A stretch of 44,465 bases of DNA, from positions 1-44,465 of the forward strand of contig CAXTVB010000001.1 in assembly GCA_964247555.1 (NCBI GenBank). Direction: 5' to 3'. Source of the DNA: an uncultured Sphingomonas sp. Lineage in GTDB: Bacteria > Pseudomonadota > Alphaproteobacteria > Sphingomonadales > Sphingomonadaceae. Below the pieces are notes generated by a model, which saw only the letters and a program-made list of their open reading frames with translations, made no database searches and was not told where the DNA came from. The position numbers and the translations under genes were made by a program. Shown here piece after piece: positions 24,396 to 34,596 of the stretch (the stretch's first letter is position 1; every line of letters starts with the position of its first letter).

Positions 24396-25868
24396 ATGAC
24401 CCTCGCCCCGCGTCTCGACCTGCGCCAGTCGCAATCGCTGGTCATGACCCCCCAGCTCCAGCAGGCGATCAAGCTGCTGGCGCTGTCCAACCAGGAGATC
24501 GAGACGTTCATCGCCGAGGAGATCGAGCGCAACCCGCTGCTCGAGGCCGGGCAGGGCGATGTGGTCAAGACTCCCGAACGCCCCGAAGCGCCCGAACCCG
24601 CGGGCGCGGACGCACTCGTCGCGGGCACCGCCCCCGCCGAACCGCTCGACCTCGACTACGCCACCGAAAGCCATCAGTCGGACAGCGCGGCGGACGGCGG
24701 CGGCGGGTTCGACGGGGCGCTGGGGGGCGGTGGCGCGGCATCGTCCGGCAGCGGCGAGGCGGTCGACCTCGATTCCTTCGCCGACACCGCAGGCAGTCTG
24801 GCGGACCATCTGATGGCGCAGGCGGGCGCGACGATCGACACCGCGGACATGGGCATCGCCGCGCATTTGATCGATCAGATCGACGAGGCGGGGTATCTGA
24901 CCGCCTCGCTGCTCGACATCGCCAACCGGCTCGGCGTGCCGCTCGCGCGGGTGCAGGCGGTGCTGGCGACGGTCCAGACGTTCGACCCCACCGGCATCGG
25001 CGCGCGCGATCTCGCCGAGTGCATCGCGCTGCAGGCGAAGGAGGCGGATCGCTACGATCCCGCGATGGCGCGGCTGATCGAGCATCTCGACCTCGTCGCG
25101 CGCGGCGAACGCGCGCGGCTGAAACGCATCTGCGGAGTCGACGACGAGGATCTGGCGGACATGATCCGCGAATTGCGCGGGTACGATCCCAAACCCGGCT
25201 GCCGCATCGGCGGGGCGCCGACGCAGACCGTGATCCCCGATCTGTTCGTCGTGAAGACCCGTAGCGGCTGGGCGATCGAACTGAACGGCGCGACGCTGCC
25301 GCGCGTGCTGGTCAACCGCCGCTATCACGCCGAACTGTCGAGCGGCCCGCAGGACAAGACCGCCAAGGCGTGGCTGGGCGACATGCTCGCCAGCGCGAAC
25401 TGGCTGGTGAAGGCGCTCGACCAGCGCCAGCGCACGATCGTGAAGGTCGCGACCGAGATCGTGAAGCAGCAGGAGGCGTTCTTCCTGCACGGCGTCGCGC
25501 ATCTGAAACCGATGACGCTGGCGCGCGTGGCGGACGCGATCGAGATGCACGAATCGACCGTCAGCCGGGTGACGTCGAACAAATACCTGTCCTGCGCGCG
25601 TGGGCTCTACGAGCTGAAATATTTCTTCACCTCCGCGATCCAGGCCGCGGACGGCGGCGATGCGGTATCGGCGGAGGCGGTGAAGGCCGGCATCCGCGCG
25701 CTGATTGCGGCGGAGGGCGACAAGATCCTGTCCGACGACACGCTGGTCGAACTGCTGAACGCGAAGGGCTTCGACATAGCGCGGCGGACGGTGGCAAAAT
25801 ACCGCGAGGCGCTGGGGATCGGGAGTTCGGTGCAGCGTAGGCGGGCAAGGGCGCTGGAGGGGGCGTAG
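24396..25868 (+). CDS. rpoN: RNA polymerase sigma-54 factor
   Basis: Region I QSQSLVMTPQLQQAIKLL, HESTVSR HTH, RpoN box ARRTVAKYRE. Confidence 0.97.
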   Translation: MTLAPRLDLRQSQSLVMTPQLQQAIKLLALSNQEIETFIAEEIERNPLLEAGQGDVVKTPERPEAPEPAGADALVAGTAPAEPLDLDYATESHQSDSAADGGGGFDGALGGGGAASSGSGEAVDLDSFADTAGSLADHLMAQAGATIDTADMGIAAHLIDQIDEAGYLTASLLDIANRLGVPLARVQAVLATVQTFDPTGIGARDLAECIALQAKEADRYDPAMARLIEHLDLVARGERARLKRICGVDDEDLADMIRELRGYDPKPGCRIGGAPTQTVIPDLFVVKTRSGWAIELNGATLPRVLVNRRYHAELSSGPQDKTAKAWLGDMLASANWLVKALDQRQRTIVKVATEIVKQQEAFFLHGVAHLKPMTLARVADAIEMHESTVSRVTSNKYLSCARGLYELKYFFTSAIQAADGGDAVSAEAVKAGIRALIAAEGDKILSDDTLVELLNAKGFDIARRTVAKYREALGIGSSVQRRRARALEGA

Positions 25869-26075
25869 CGGGCGACCTGCCGGGGGCAAATCGCCCGCTA
25901 CGCCCGGCCCGCGTAGCGGGGCGCCGAGGCACAGCAGCACTCGGACCTGCGCGAGTCGTGTCCTCTCCGCGGGCCAACCCGCTCGTGGCGAGCCCCCACC
26001 CCAACCCCTCCCCTGAACGGGAGGGGCTTCACGCCTCCACCCTTATCGTCACCCCGGCTCGAGGCCGGGGCGACG
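25861..26075. repeat. Composite hairpin cluster after rpoN
   Basis: Perfect 15-bp IR 25861-25875/25891-25905 over the stop codon; cccctccc-ctgaac-gggagggg in 25991-26028; cgtcaccccggc-tcgag-gccggggcgacg at 26047-26075. Confidence 0.7.
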
Positions 26076-26161
26076 AAAGGAGGGTGGTCGATCGCAAAAT
26101 GATGGCGTTATTCCACCCGGACAACTTCAGTCAGAGCCGCAATGGTGCCGGAAGGGGGAAA

Positions 26162-26641
26162 CTACCCCCGATACCGCATCGCCACATCGCAACGCGCATA
26201 CCGCCCGCCATAGTCGCGCATGATGTCGGCATCGTGCACGAACCCCGCCTTCTCGTAGAGATGGATCGCCGCCGCACAGCGCTTGCTGGTCAGCAGGTAT
26301 AGCGTCTCCGCCCCCAACTCAGCGGCGCGGTCGATCATCGCGCGCAGCAGGAATGCGCCCGCCTTCTGCCCCCGTACGGTGTCCAGGACCCCCATCTTGG
26401 TCAGTTCGAACCGCCCCTCGCTTGTCTTCTGGAGCGCACAGGTGCCGACCACGCCCAACCCTTCTACCGCGACGAAGCGGATGTCGCCGCCGGGGTCGAC
26501 GATGCGCGCGCGGGGGTTCTCCAGCACCTCGCGGTCGGTTGGCTCCCGTGTGAACATCGTCTGGATCCACTGCGCGTTGATGTCGTGGAATGCGGTGGCG
26601 AGGTCGTCGGTGAAGGGGAGGATGGTGAGCTGGAGCGCCAT
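26162..26641 (-). CDS. GNAT family N-acetyltransferase
   Basis: VVGTCAL, FELTKMGV, RGQKAG, AIHLYEKAGF. Confidence 0.88.
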   Translation of the reverse strand: MALQLTILPFTDDLATAFHDINAQWIQTMFTREPTDREVLENPRARIVDPGGDIRFVAVEGLGVVGTCALQKTSEGRFELTKMGVLDTVRGQKAGAFLLRAMIDRAAELGAETLYLLTSKRCAAAIHLYEKAGFVHDADIMRDYGGRYARCDVAMRYRG

Positions 26642-26775
26642 GATCGGTCGTTAGGAAGCCGATGTTCGCTAGGCAAGCGCCGCGGTGAAGCCGCGTCGTC
26701 GGTCGGGGCTGCTGGCCCCGCCGGCCGGACGCGCCTTAAGCTCGGCCGCTGCTGCGCCGCCGCCTTGCCGGCGCG

Positions 26776-27774
26776 TCAGTCATCCTCATCCTCGAACCCC
26801 ACCAACGCCAACGCCCGCGCCTTCATCTGCCGCGTCGCGCACCAGTGCACCAGCGCCTCCTCGCGCCCATGCGTGACCCACACTTCCTTGGGCGCGATCT
26901 CGGTCAGGGTGTCGGTCAGCTCGTCCCAGTCGGCATGATCGCTGAGGATCAGCGGCAGCTCGACATTCTTCTGCCGCGCGCGCTGGCGGACCCGCATCCA
27001 GCCGCTCGCCATCGCGGTGATCGGGTCGGGCAGGCGGCGGGACCAGCGGTCGTTGAGCGCGCCCGGAGGGCACATCACGACGTGACCCTGCATCGCCGCC
27101 TTCGGGACCCCCGCGACCGGGATCAGCTCGCCCAACCGCACGCCGTGGTCCGCATACAGGTCGCACAACCGCTGCAACGCGCCGTGGATGTAGATCGGTG
27201 CCTCGTGCCCCCGCTCGCGCAGTTCGGCGATGACACGCTGCGCCTTGCCCAGCGCATAGGCGCCGACGAGCACGCAGCGATCCGGATTGGCGTGGAGCGC
27301 GGCGATCAGCTTGTCGATCTCGTCGCCGGTGTCGGGGTGGCGGAAGACGGGCAGGCCGAACGTCGCCTCGGTCACGAACACGTCGCAGGCGACGGGTTCG
27401 AACGGCGTGCAGGTCGGGTCCGCGCGGCGCTTATAGTCGCCCGATACCACCACCCGCTCGCCCCGGTAATCCAGCACGATCTGCGCCGAGCCCAGCACAT
27501 GGCCCGCCGGCACGAAGCCGACGCGCACGTCGCCCATCGCGATCGTCTCGCCATACGCCACCGGATGCCCGGCTTGCGGGCCATAGCGCGCGTCCATGAT
27601 CGCCAGCGTTTCTGGCGTCGCCCACACCGCTTCGTGCCCGCCGCGCGCGTGATCGGCATGGCCGTGGGTCACGAGCGCGCGGGCGCTGGGAATGGAGGGA
27701 TCGATCCAAGCGTCCGCCGGCTTCACGTAGAGGCCGTGGGGATGGGGTTCGAGCCAGTCGCCTAGTCTGGGCAT
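26776..27774 (-). CDS. Ligase-associated DNA damage response exonuclease (MBL/beta-CASP)
   Basis: THGHADHA, AGHVLGSAQ, SGDYK, TEATFGLPVF, YALGKAQR, ASGWM, LSDHADW, VTHG. Confidence 0.92.
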   Translation of the reverse strand: MPRLGDWLEPHPHGLYVKPADAWIDPSIPSARALVTHGHADHARGGHEAVWATPETLAIMDARYGPQAGHPVAYGETIAMGDVRVGFVPAGHVLGSAQIVLDYRGERVVVSGDYKRRADPTCTPFEPVACDVFVTEATFGLPVFRHPDTGDEIDKLIAALHANPDRCVLVGAYALGKAQRVIAELRERGHEAPIYIHGALQRLCDLYADHGVRLGELIPVAGVPKAAMQGHVVMCPPGALNDRWSRRLPDPITAMASGWMRVRQRARQKNVELPLILSDHADWDELTDTLTEIAPKEVWVTHGREEALVHWCATRQMKARALALVGFEDEDD

Positions 27775-27817
27775 GGGGTCGGCTCGCAACGAAGGGTGGA
27801 GGAACCGGCGACCATAT

Positions 27818-27926
27818 CCCCCTCCCCGGCGAAGGCCGGAGCGCAATGGCGCCGATCTTCGTAACGACGTGCATGGCGCGCCACTATCGTCTGGCCATTG
27901 GGCCCCGGCCTTCGCCGGGGAGGGGG
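27818..27926. repeat. Palindromic repeat (family B)
   Basis: Perfect 22-bp IR ccccctccccggcgaaggccgg (27818-27839) / 27905-27926, continued by caatgg/ccattg. Confidence 0.88.
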
Positions 27927-27949
27927 TAAGAGAGCGTGGTCTGCCGTCA

Positions 27950-28549
27950 TCACCGCGCCCGCCCCACCCGCACGGTCGCTAAGATCGCATCCATCCGCGC
28001 CGCCGCCGCAGCTTGCTTCGTCGCAGTCCCCGGCAACGGGTCCGCCGCCTTCACCGAATAGGTCACCCGGTCGATCGCATAGCATACTCCGTCCACCACC
28101 GTCCGCAGGTCGGTCGCCACGATCCCCTGGCTCATCCCCGCATCGCCGTTGCGGTATGCGGTCCAGCGATGCCCGCCGAGCATCCTGTCGGGCAACCGCT
28201 TGCCGCCATCGCCGAGCGCGCCCGTCGTGCCGCAATGCGCGACCACGCCCGCATCGCGGCTCAGGCCGATCTGGACGAGTTCGGTCACGACTCCCGGTCC
28301 GCCGGCCGGCCGGGCATCCTGCGAGAAGCGCACGACGCCCGTCCCCGGACCGACCGCAGCGCCGTTCCAGGACAGGTGCCACCCCGCCGCCATCAGCGAT
28401 CGGCCGCCGAACGCGTGGCCCGGCGCCAGTCCCGCGGGATACCGCAACTCCACCAGTCCGCCCGCGCCGACATAGGACCGCTGTACCGGTGCGGCGCTCG
28501 CGGCGGCGGCGAGGGCGATCAGCGGAAGCGCGAAGCGGGCGGGGAGCAT
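27950..28549 (-). CDS. Exported hypothetical protein
   Basis: Signal peptide MLPARFALPLIALAAAASA; GDAGMSQ...DGVCYAID; 2 Cys. Confidence 0.7.
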   Translation of the reverse strand: MLPARFALPLIALAAAASAAPVQRSYVGAGGLVELRYPAGLAPGHAFGGRSLMAAGWHLSWNGAAVGPGTGVVRFSQDARPAGGPGVVTELVQIGLSRDAGVVAHCGTTGALGDGGKRLPDRMLGGHRWTAYRNGDAGMSQGIVATDLRTVVDGVCYAIDRVTYSVKAADPLPGTATKQAAAAARMDAILATVRVGRAR

Positions 28550-28649
28550 CCTGTTCTCCATGATCCGGTCAACGACCCAGCTCCGCACAGGCTCCATGGC
28601 AGGCGCCCGCAACGTCCCCCATATGGGAGACGATGCGCGTGAACCGTCC

Positions 28650-31070
28650 GTGAGCGACCAGCCCCCGATCCTGCCCCCGGCCCTCGCCGGCTGGTTCGCC
28701 GCGCGTGGCTGGCACCCGCGGCGGCATCAGATCGATATGGTCCGAGAAGCGCAAGCCGGCCGCCACGCGCTGCTCGTCGCGACGACGGGCGCGGGCAAGA
28801 CGCTCAGCGGCTTCCTGCCGACGCTGATCGACCTGATCGATACGCCGACGCAAGGGCTGCACACGCTCTACGTCTCGCCCTTGAAGGCGCTCGCGGTCGA
28901 CATCCAGCGCAACCTGCTCGGCCCCACCGAGGAGATGGGCCTCGACCTGCGCGTCGAGACGCGCACCGGCGATACGCCGTCGGATCGCAAGGCGCGGCAG
29001 CGGATCAAGCCGCCGCAGATCCTGCTGACCACGCCCGAATCGCTGTCGCTGCTGCTGAGCTATCCCGACAGTTTCACGATGTTCGCGGGGCTGAAGACGA
29101 TCGTCGTCGACGAGGTCCACGCCTTCGCGACCGGCAAGCGCGGCGACCTGCTCAACCTGTGCATGGCCCGCCTCCAGCGGATCGCGCCATCCCTACGCCG
29201 CGTCGCGCTGTCGGCGACCGTCGCCGATCCCGACGGGTACCGCGCCTGGCTCGCCCCCGATGGCGATATCGACGCGGTGGCGCTGGTGCAGGGCGAGCCC
29301 GGCGCGCCGCCCGACATCGCCATCCTCCTGCCCGAGGGCCGCGTGCCCTGGTCGGGGCATTCGGGACGCTATGCCGCCGAGCAGGTCATGGCGGAGATCG
29401 AGACGCACAAGACGACGATCGTCTTCTGCAACACGCGGAGCCTGTGCGAGCTGATCTTCCAGGACCTGTGGAAGGTGAACGCGATGTCGTTGCCGATCGG
29501 CGTCCACCACGGGTCGCTGAGTCTCGAGGCGCGGCGCAAGGTGGAGGGGGCGATGGCGGCGGGCCGGCTGCGCGCGCTGGTCGCGACCGCCAGCCTCGAT
29601 CTCGGCGTCGACTGGGGCGATGTCGACTGCGTCATCCAGATGGGCGCCCCCAAGGGATCGAGCCGCCTGCTCCAGCGCATCGGGCGGTCGAACCACCGGC
29701 TCGACGAATCGTCCGAGGCTATCCTCGTGCCCGGCAACCGGTTCGAATATCTCGAAGCCCGGGCTGCGCTCGACGCGGTGGAGGCGGGAGAACTGGATCC
29801 GGACATCTTCCTCATGGGTTCGCTCGACGTCCTCGCGCAGCATGTCATGGCCTGCGCCTGCGCCGCACCGTTCGACCAGGCGGCGCTGCTCGACGAGATA
29901 CGCGGCGCGCTCCCTTATTCCGCGCTCACCGACGATGCGTTCAACCGCGTCCTCGGCTTCATCCGCGACGGCGGCTACAGCCTGAAGGCGTATGAACGGT
30001 TCAAGCGGCTGACCCAGGACGCCGACGGTACCTGGCGCGTCAGCCATCCGAAATTCACGACCCAGCACCGATTGAACGCCGGCATCATCGTCGAGGCGAC
30101 GATGCTGACCGTCCGCTTCAGGAACGGCCGGTCGCTCGGCAAGGTGGAGGAAGGGTTCGCCGCCAGCCTCAGCCACGGCGACACCTTCTTCTTCGCCGGC
30201 CTCAGCCTGGAGGTCGAGAAGATCGACACCGAGGACCTGATCGTCCGCGCGACCAGCCGGCCGGCGCGTATCCCGACCTATGGCGGCAGCCGGATGCCGC
30301 TGTCCACCAGCCTCGCCGACCGAGTCCGCCATTTCCTGGCGGAGCCCGGCGAATGGGCGCGCTTTCCCGACGATGTGCGCGAATGGCTGGACTATCAGCG
30401 CGTCCGCTCCGCGCTGCCCGCGCCCGACCAGCTGCTGGTCGAGACCTTCCCGCGCGAGGGGCGCAACTACATGGTCGCGTACAGCTTCGAAGGGTGGAAC
30501 GCGCACCAGTCGCTCGGCATGCTGATCACGCGGCGGATGGAGACGCTGGGGCTGAAACCGCTGGGCTTCGTCGCCAACGACTATGCGATCGCGACCTATT
30601 CGATCGAGAAGGTGACCGATCCCGCGGCGTTGTTCTCCGCCGACATATTGGAACATGAATTCGTCGACTGGGTGCAGCAGTCGCACCTGCTCAAACGCGC
30701 GTTCCGCGAGGTCGCGGTGATCGGCGGGCTGGTGGAGCGCCAGCATCCCGGCAAGCGCAAGACGGGGCGGCAGGTGACCTTCTCGACCGACCTGATCTAC
30801 GACGTGCTGCGCCGTTACGAGCCCGGGCACTTGCTGCTGGAGGCGGCATGGGCGGATGCGCGCGCGAAGATGACCGATGTCGGACGCCTCGCGGGGCTGC
30901 TCGACCGCGCCGCGGCGACGATGCTGCATGTCGATCTGGACCGGGTTACGCCGCTGGCCGTGCCCGTGCTGACGCTGATCGGGCGCGAGAAGGTAGCGAC
31001 GGGGTCGTCGGACGATGCGCTGCTGGTCGAGGCCGAGGCGCTGGCGGCGGAGGCGATGCGCCTGGATTGA
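28650..31070 (+). CDS. Ligase-associated DNA damage response DEXH-box helicase (Lhr-core)
   Basis: TTGAGKT, YVSPLKAL, TTPESL, DEVH, LSAT, HHGSL, SLDLGVD, QRIGRSNH; GTG start inferred. Confidence 0.92.
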   Translation: MSDQPPILPPALAGWFAARGWHPRRHQIDMVREAQAGRHALLVATTGAGKTLSGFLPTLIDLIDTPTQGLHTLYVSPLKALAVDIQRNLLGPTEEMGLDLRVETRTGDTPSDRKARQRIKPPQILLTTPESLSLLLSYPDSFTMFAGLKTIVVDEVHAFATGKRGDLLNLCMARLQRIAPSLRRVALSATVADPDGYRAWLAPDGDIDAVALVQGEPGAPPDIAILLPEGRVPWSGHSGRYAAEQVMAEIETHKTTIVFCNTRSLCELIFQDLWKVNAMSLPIGVHHGSLSLEARRKVEGAMAAGRLRALVATASLDLGVDWGDVDCVIQMGAPKGSSRLLQRIGRSNHRLDESSEAILVPGNRFEYLEARAALDAVEAGELDPDIFLMGSLDVLAQHVMACACAAPFDQAALLDEIRGALPYSALTDDAFNRVLGFIRDGGYSLKAYERFKRLTQDADGTWRVSHPKFTTQHRLNAGIIVEATMLTVRFRNGRSLGKVEEGFAASLSHGDTFFFAGLSLEVEKIDTEDLIVRATSRPARIPTYGGSRMPLSTSLADRVRHFLAEPGEWARFPDDVREWLDYQRVRSALPAPDQLLVETFPREGRNYMVAYSFEGWNAHQSLGMLITRRMETLGLKPLGFVANDYAIATYSIEKVTDPAALFSADILEHEFVDWVQQSHLLKRAFREVAVIGGLVERQHPGKRKTGRQVTFSTDLIYDVLRRYEPGHLLLEAAWADARAKMTDVGRLAGLLDRAAATMLHVDLDRVTPLAVPVLTLIGREKVATGSSDDALLVEAEALAAEAMRLD

Positions 31071-31078
31071 GGGAGGCT

Positions 31079-31156
31079 CCGTTACCTCGGGGCCGGCGCG
31101 TCGGTTGGCGTGTCCGACCTCCTCGCCGTGATGCCGGAGCGAGCGCGGCATGACGG
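31079..31156. repeat. Degenerate palindromic repeat (family A)
   Basis: ccgttac...atgccgg-agcgagc-gcggcatgacgg; right end like the 11921-12005 copy. Confidence 0.5.
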
Positions 31157-31275
31157 AAAGGCGGGGGGAGAAACCGCTGTCCTACACACCGCGTTCGCGT
31201 GACTCACCGTAGCAGGGGGAAGCGTCGCGGATATCGCGGGGGAGGCAAAACCTGGAATGCGCGGGAACGTCCGTC

Positions 31276-32007
31276 TCAAACCGCGGCCAGCACCCCCGTC
31301 GCGATCACGGGGCCGGTCGGCGCGTCGCCCGGTGCGCCGCCGGCGGGTTCGACCGAGATGGCGAGCGTCACGCCCGATCCCATCTTCGCGCGCGCCCCGG
31401 TCGACAGGTCGATCGTGGTGGCACGGACCGCGAGCAGGCCGAGCGCATGCGGCACGCCGTCGCCGCCGATCATCCACAGCTCGTTGACCTTGCTGCCCGC
31501 CTGGGTCGGCGCGGCGGCGATCCGGATCGATCCGACCGCAGGGTCGTAGGCCGCGGCGATCGGCGCCTTCGCATCGCCAAGCGACGCGACGAGCATCGGC
31601 CGCGCTGCCGGTTCCGCGGCGACGGGCACCGGCTGCGACACGGACGGCGGCGGGGGTGCGAGCGGACGGACCAGGATCATCACGAGCAGCACCGCGGCGA
31701 TCGCGCTGGCGACGATCGCGATGCCCGGCCAGGGCATCCGCGACCGGCGACCGATGACGGGACCGCCCAGGCTTTCGTCGATCCGGTCGACCAGCCCCTC
31801 GGGCGCGTCGACGCCGGGCCACAGATCGAACAATTGCGCGAAATGGAGCCGCCACGCCTCGACGTCGCGCGCGAATGCCGGCTCCGCCAGCACGCGGCGC
31901 AGCGCGGCGGCGCGTTCGCGTCCGTCGAGCAGCCCGAGCGCCAGTTCGGCCGCGGTCATGTCGCCCGGTTCGGACCCGCCGTTTTCGGTGTCGAGTGCGT
32001 CATCCAT
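31276..32007 (-). CDS. Anti-sigma factor, RskA family
   Basis: AAELALGLLD N-terminus, one TM, C-terminal ELWMI...ALGLL...LAISVEPAGG.P...PTGPV. Confidence 0.9.
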   Translation of the reverse strand: MDDALDTENGGSEPGDMTAAELALGLLDGRERAAALRRVLAEPAFARDVEAWRLHFAQLFDLWPGVDAPEGLVDRIDESLGGPVIGRRSRMPWPGIAIVASAIAAVLLVMILVRPLAPPPPSVSQPVPVAAEPAARPMLVASLGDAKAPIAAAYDPAVGSIRIAAAPTQAGSKVNELWMIGGDGVPHALGLLAVRATTIDLSTGARAKMGSGVTLAISVEPAGGAPGDAPTGPVIATGVLAAV

Positions 32008-32572
32008 GATCGAGGCACTCCTTCAATCGCGCGAGCCCGCGCCGGACCCAGCTCTTCATCGTGCCCAGCGGCACGTTCGCCCGGTCGGCGAGGTCGGCAT
32101 AGGTCACGCCGTCGAAAAACGCGGTGCGGATCGCGGTCCGCTGCCGCTCGTCCAGCGCTTGCAGGCACATCGCCAGCCGATGGCTCGATTCGCTCGACAG
32201 CAGCATCTGTTCCGCGTCCGGCGCGTCGTCGGCGATGTCGGGCGCGCCGTCGAGCGGATCGGTCCGGCGGATGCCCTGCGCACGCCGCCAGTCGATCGCC
32301 CGGTTGCGCGCGATCGTGGCGAGCCAGGTGATCGGGCTCGCCCGGCCCGGCTCCCACGCGCCCGCGCGGCGCCAGATGGTGAGATAGACTTCGTGCAACA
32401 CATCCTCTGCGGCCTGGCGTTCACCGCAGATACGAAGACAGATGCCGAATAGCTTCGATTGAGTCAGGACATACAGGTCGCGAAAGGCACCGCGATCCTC
32501 GCTGCCGGTCTTGACCAACGCATCGGCCAGTCGCGCACGCGCTGCATCGGCATCGGTCTGGCGCGTGCTCAC
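32000..32572 (-). CDS. ECF sigma factor (SigK-like)
   Basis: AEDVLHEVY, TWLATIARNRAID, PLGTMKSWVRRGL; overlaps the anti-sigma gene. Confidence 0.92.
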   Translation of the reverse strand: MSTRQTDADAARARLADALVKTGSEDRGAFRDLYVLTQSKLFGICLRICGERQAAEDVLHEVYLTIWRRAGAWEPGRASPITWLATIARNRAIDWRRAQGIRRTDPLDGAPDIADDAPDAEQMLLSSESSHRLAMCLQALDERQRTAIRTAFFDGVTYADLADRANVPLGTMKSWVRRGLARLKECLDHG

Positions 32573-32654
32573 GATCGCGTTCTAGCGGGTCGTCGGGCAT
32601 CGGCCAAGCGGTGATGGGTGGCCTTCGCGGCTGCGTATGGGTACAGGGTGATCC

Positions 32655-33095
32655 ATGCGTATCGCTATCGCTTCCGATCACGCCGCCGTGGCGCTGAAGA
32701 CCGTCCTCGTCGCCTGGCTCACGGACGCGGGACACGTGCCCGTCGATCTGGGCACGCACGGCACCGCCTCCGTCGACTATCCCGATTACGGCGTCGCGAT
32801 CGCCGATGCGCTGGCCGACGGGCGCGCCGATCGCGGCATCGCCCTCTGCGGCTCCGGTATCGGCATCGCGATCGCCGCCAATCGCAATCCGGCGTGCCGC
32901 TGCGCGCAAGTTTCCGAACCGCTGTCCGCACAGCTGGCGCGCAGCCACAACGACGCCAATTGCATCGCGATCGGCGCGCGGCTGGTCGGCGAGGAAATGG
33001 CCAAGGCGTGCGTCGCGGCGTTCCTTTCGACCGATTTCCTCGGCGGTCGCCACGCGCCCCGTGTCGACAAACTCTCCATGAAGGTCCCCGCATGA
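32655..33095 (+). CDS. rpiB: Ribose 5-phosphate isomerase B
   Basis: [32 protein letters not shown]. Confidence 0.95.
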   Translation: MRIAIASDHAAVALKTVLVAWLTDAGHVPVDLGTHGTASVDYPDYGVAIADALADGRADRGIALCGSGIGIAIAANRNPACRCAQVSEPLSAQLARSHNDANCIAIGARLVGEEMAKACVAAFLSTDFLGGRHAPRVDKLSMKVPA

Positions 33096-34414
33096 GCACC
33101 CAGCCCATCCCGATCCGCCCCGACCTGCACGATGTCCAGCCGGATGGTTTCTTCACCCGCGGCCTTGCGGCGGCGGACGCGGCGGTGTTCGCCGGGGTCG
33201 CGGACGAGCTGGAGCGCGAGCAGACGCAGATCGAGCTGATCGCGTCGGAGAATATCGTGTCGAAGGCGGTGATGGAGGCGCAAGGGTCGGTCTTCACCAA
33301 CAAATATGCCGAAGGCTATCCGGGCAAGCGCTATTATCAGGGCTGCGCGCCGTCCGACGCGGTCGAGACGCTGGCGATCGAGCGCGCCAAGCAGATCTTC
33401 GGCTGCGGCTTCGCCAACGTCCAGCCGCATTCGGGTGCGCAGGCGAACGGCGCGGTGATGCTGGCGCTGGTGAAGCCGGGCGAGACGATCCTGGGCATGA
33501 GCCTGGACGCCGGCGGCCACCTGACGCACGGGGCGCGCGCGGCGATGTCGGGCAAGTGGTTCGATGCGGTGCAGTACGGCGTCGATCCGGTCACGCACCT
33601 GATCGACTATGCGCAGGTCGAGGCGCTTGCGGTGGAGCATAAGCCGAAGCTCATCATCGCGGGCGGCTCCGCCTATCCGCGCCAGATCGACTTCGCGAAG
33701 TTCCGCGCAATCGCGGACAAGGTCGGCGCGTATTTCATGGTCGACATGGCGCATTTCGCGGGCATCGTCGCCGCCGGGCTGCACCCGACGCCGTTCGGCC
33801 ATGCGCATGTCGTGACGACGACCACGCACAAGACGTTGCGGGGGCCTCGTGGCGGCATGATTCTGACCGACGACGAGGCGCTGGCGAAGAAGCTCAATTC
33901 CGCGGTCTTCCCCGGCCTCCAGGGTGGCCCGCTGATGCACGTCATCGCCGCCAAGGCGGTCGCGTTCGGCGAGGCGCTGCAGCCCGATTACAAGAGCTAC
34001 ATCGCGGCCGTGGTCGAGAATGCGAAGACGCTGGCCGCGACGTTGAAGGAACGCGGCGCGGACCTGGTATCGGGGGGCACCGATACGCATCTGGCGCTCG
34101 TCGACCTCACCCCGCTCGGCGTCACCGGCCGCGATGCGGACGAGGCGCTGGAGCGTGCGGGCATCACCTGCAACAAGAACGGCATCCCCAACGATCCGCT
34201 GCCGCCGGTGAAGACCAGCGGCATCCGCGTCGGCAGCCCGGCAGGCACCACGCGCGGGTTCGGCCCGGCGGAGTTCCGCGAGATCGGCCATATGGTCGCA
34301 GACGTGCTGGACGGTCTCGCCGAAAAGGGCGAGCACGGGGACCCTGCGGTCGAGGCGGACGTTCGGACCCGAGTGCGGGCCCTGTGCGCGCGCTTCCCCA
34401 TCTATCAAGGATGA
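33092..34414 (+). CDS. glyA: Serine hydroxymethyltransferase
   Basis: [47 protein letters not shown]. Confidence 0.97.
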   Translation: MSTQPIPIRPDLHDVQPDGFFTRGLAAADAAVFAGVADELEREQTQIELIASENIVSKAVMEAQGSVFTNKYAEGYPGKRYYQGCAPSDAVETLAIERAKQIFGCGFANVQPHSGAQANGAVMLALVKPGETILGMSLDAGGHLTHGARAAMSGKWFDAVQYGVDPVTHLIDYAQVEALAVEHKPKLIIAGGSAYPRQIDFAKFRAIADKVGAYFMVDMAHFAGIVAAGLHPTPFGHAHVVTTTTHKTLRGPRGGMILTDDEALAKKLNSAVFPGLQGGPLMHVIAAKAVAFGEALQPDYKSYIAAVVENAKTLAATLKERGADLVSGGTDTHLALVDLTPLGVTGRDADEALERAGITCNKNGIPNDPLPPVKTSGIRVGSPAGTTRGFGPAEFREIGHMVADVLDGLAEKGEHGDPAVEADVRTRVRALCARFPIYQG

Positions 34415-34596
34415 ATGTCATGTCGATCAAGGACGTTCCCGGCGAGATCAAACGCGACCCGAAGCTCGGCAAAAGCATGGCCAAATGGGGGGCGCTGGGC
34501 GCGGTCGTCGCGATCCCCTTGCCGTTCGTGGGTCCGATCCTCGGTGCCGCCGTCGGCGCGAGCTATGCCTATTACAAGGCCAAGAAGCAGGACTGA
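34411..34596 (+). CDS. Small membrane protein (glycine-zipper-like)
   Basis: ATGA overlap with glyA and TGATG overlap with nrdR; [25 protein letters not shown]; alternative start 34420. Confidence 0.75.
   Translation: MNVMSIKDVPGEIKRDPKLGKSMAKWGALGAVVAIPLPFVGPILGAAVGASYAYYKAKKQD

Noticed and set aside
28641-28655. LexA box GAAC-N7-GAGC at the helicase start
   Set aside because: One mismatch to the alphaproteobacterial GAAC-N7-GAAC consensus, no matching boxes at the other three repair genes, and plausible by chance
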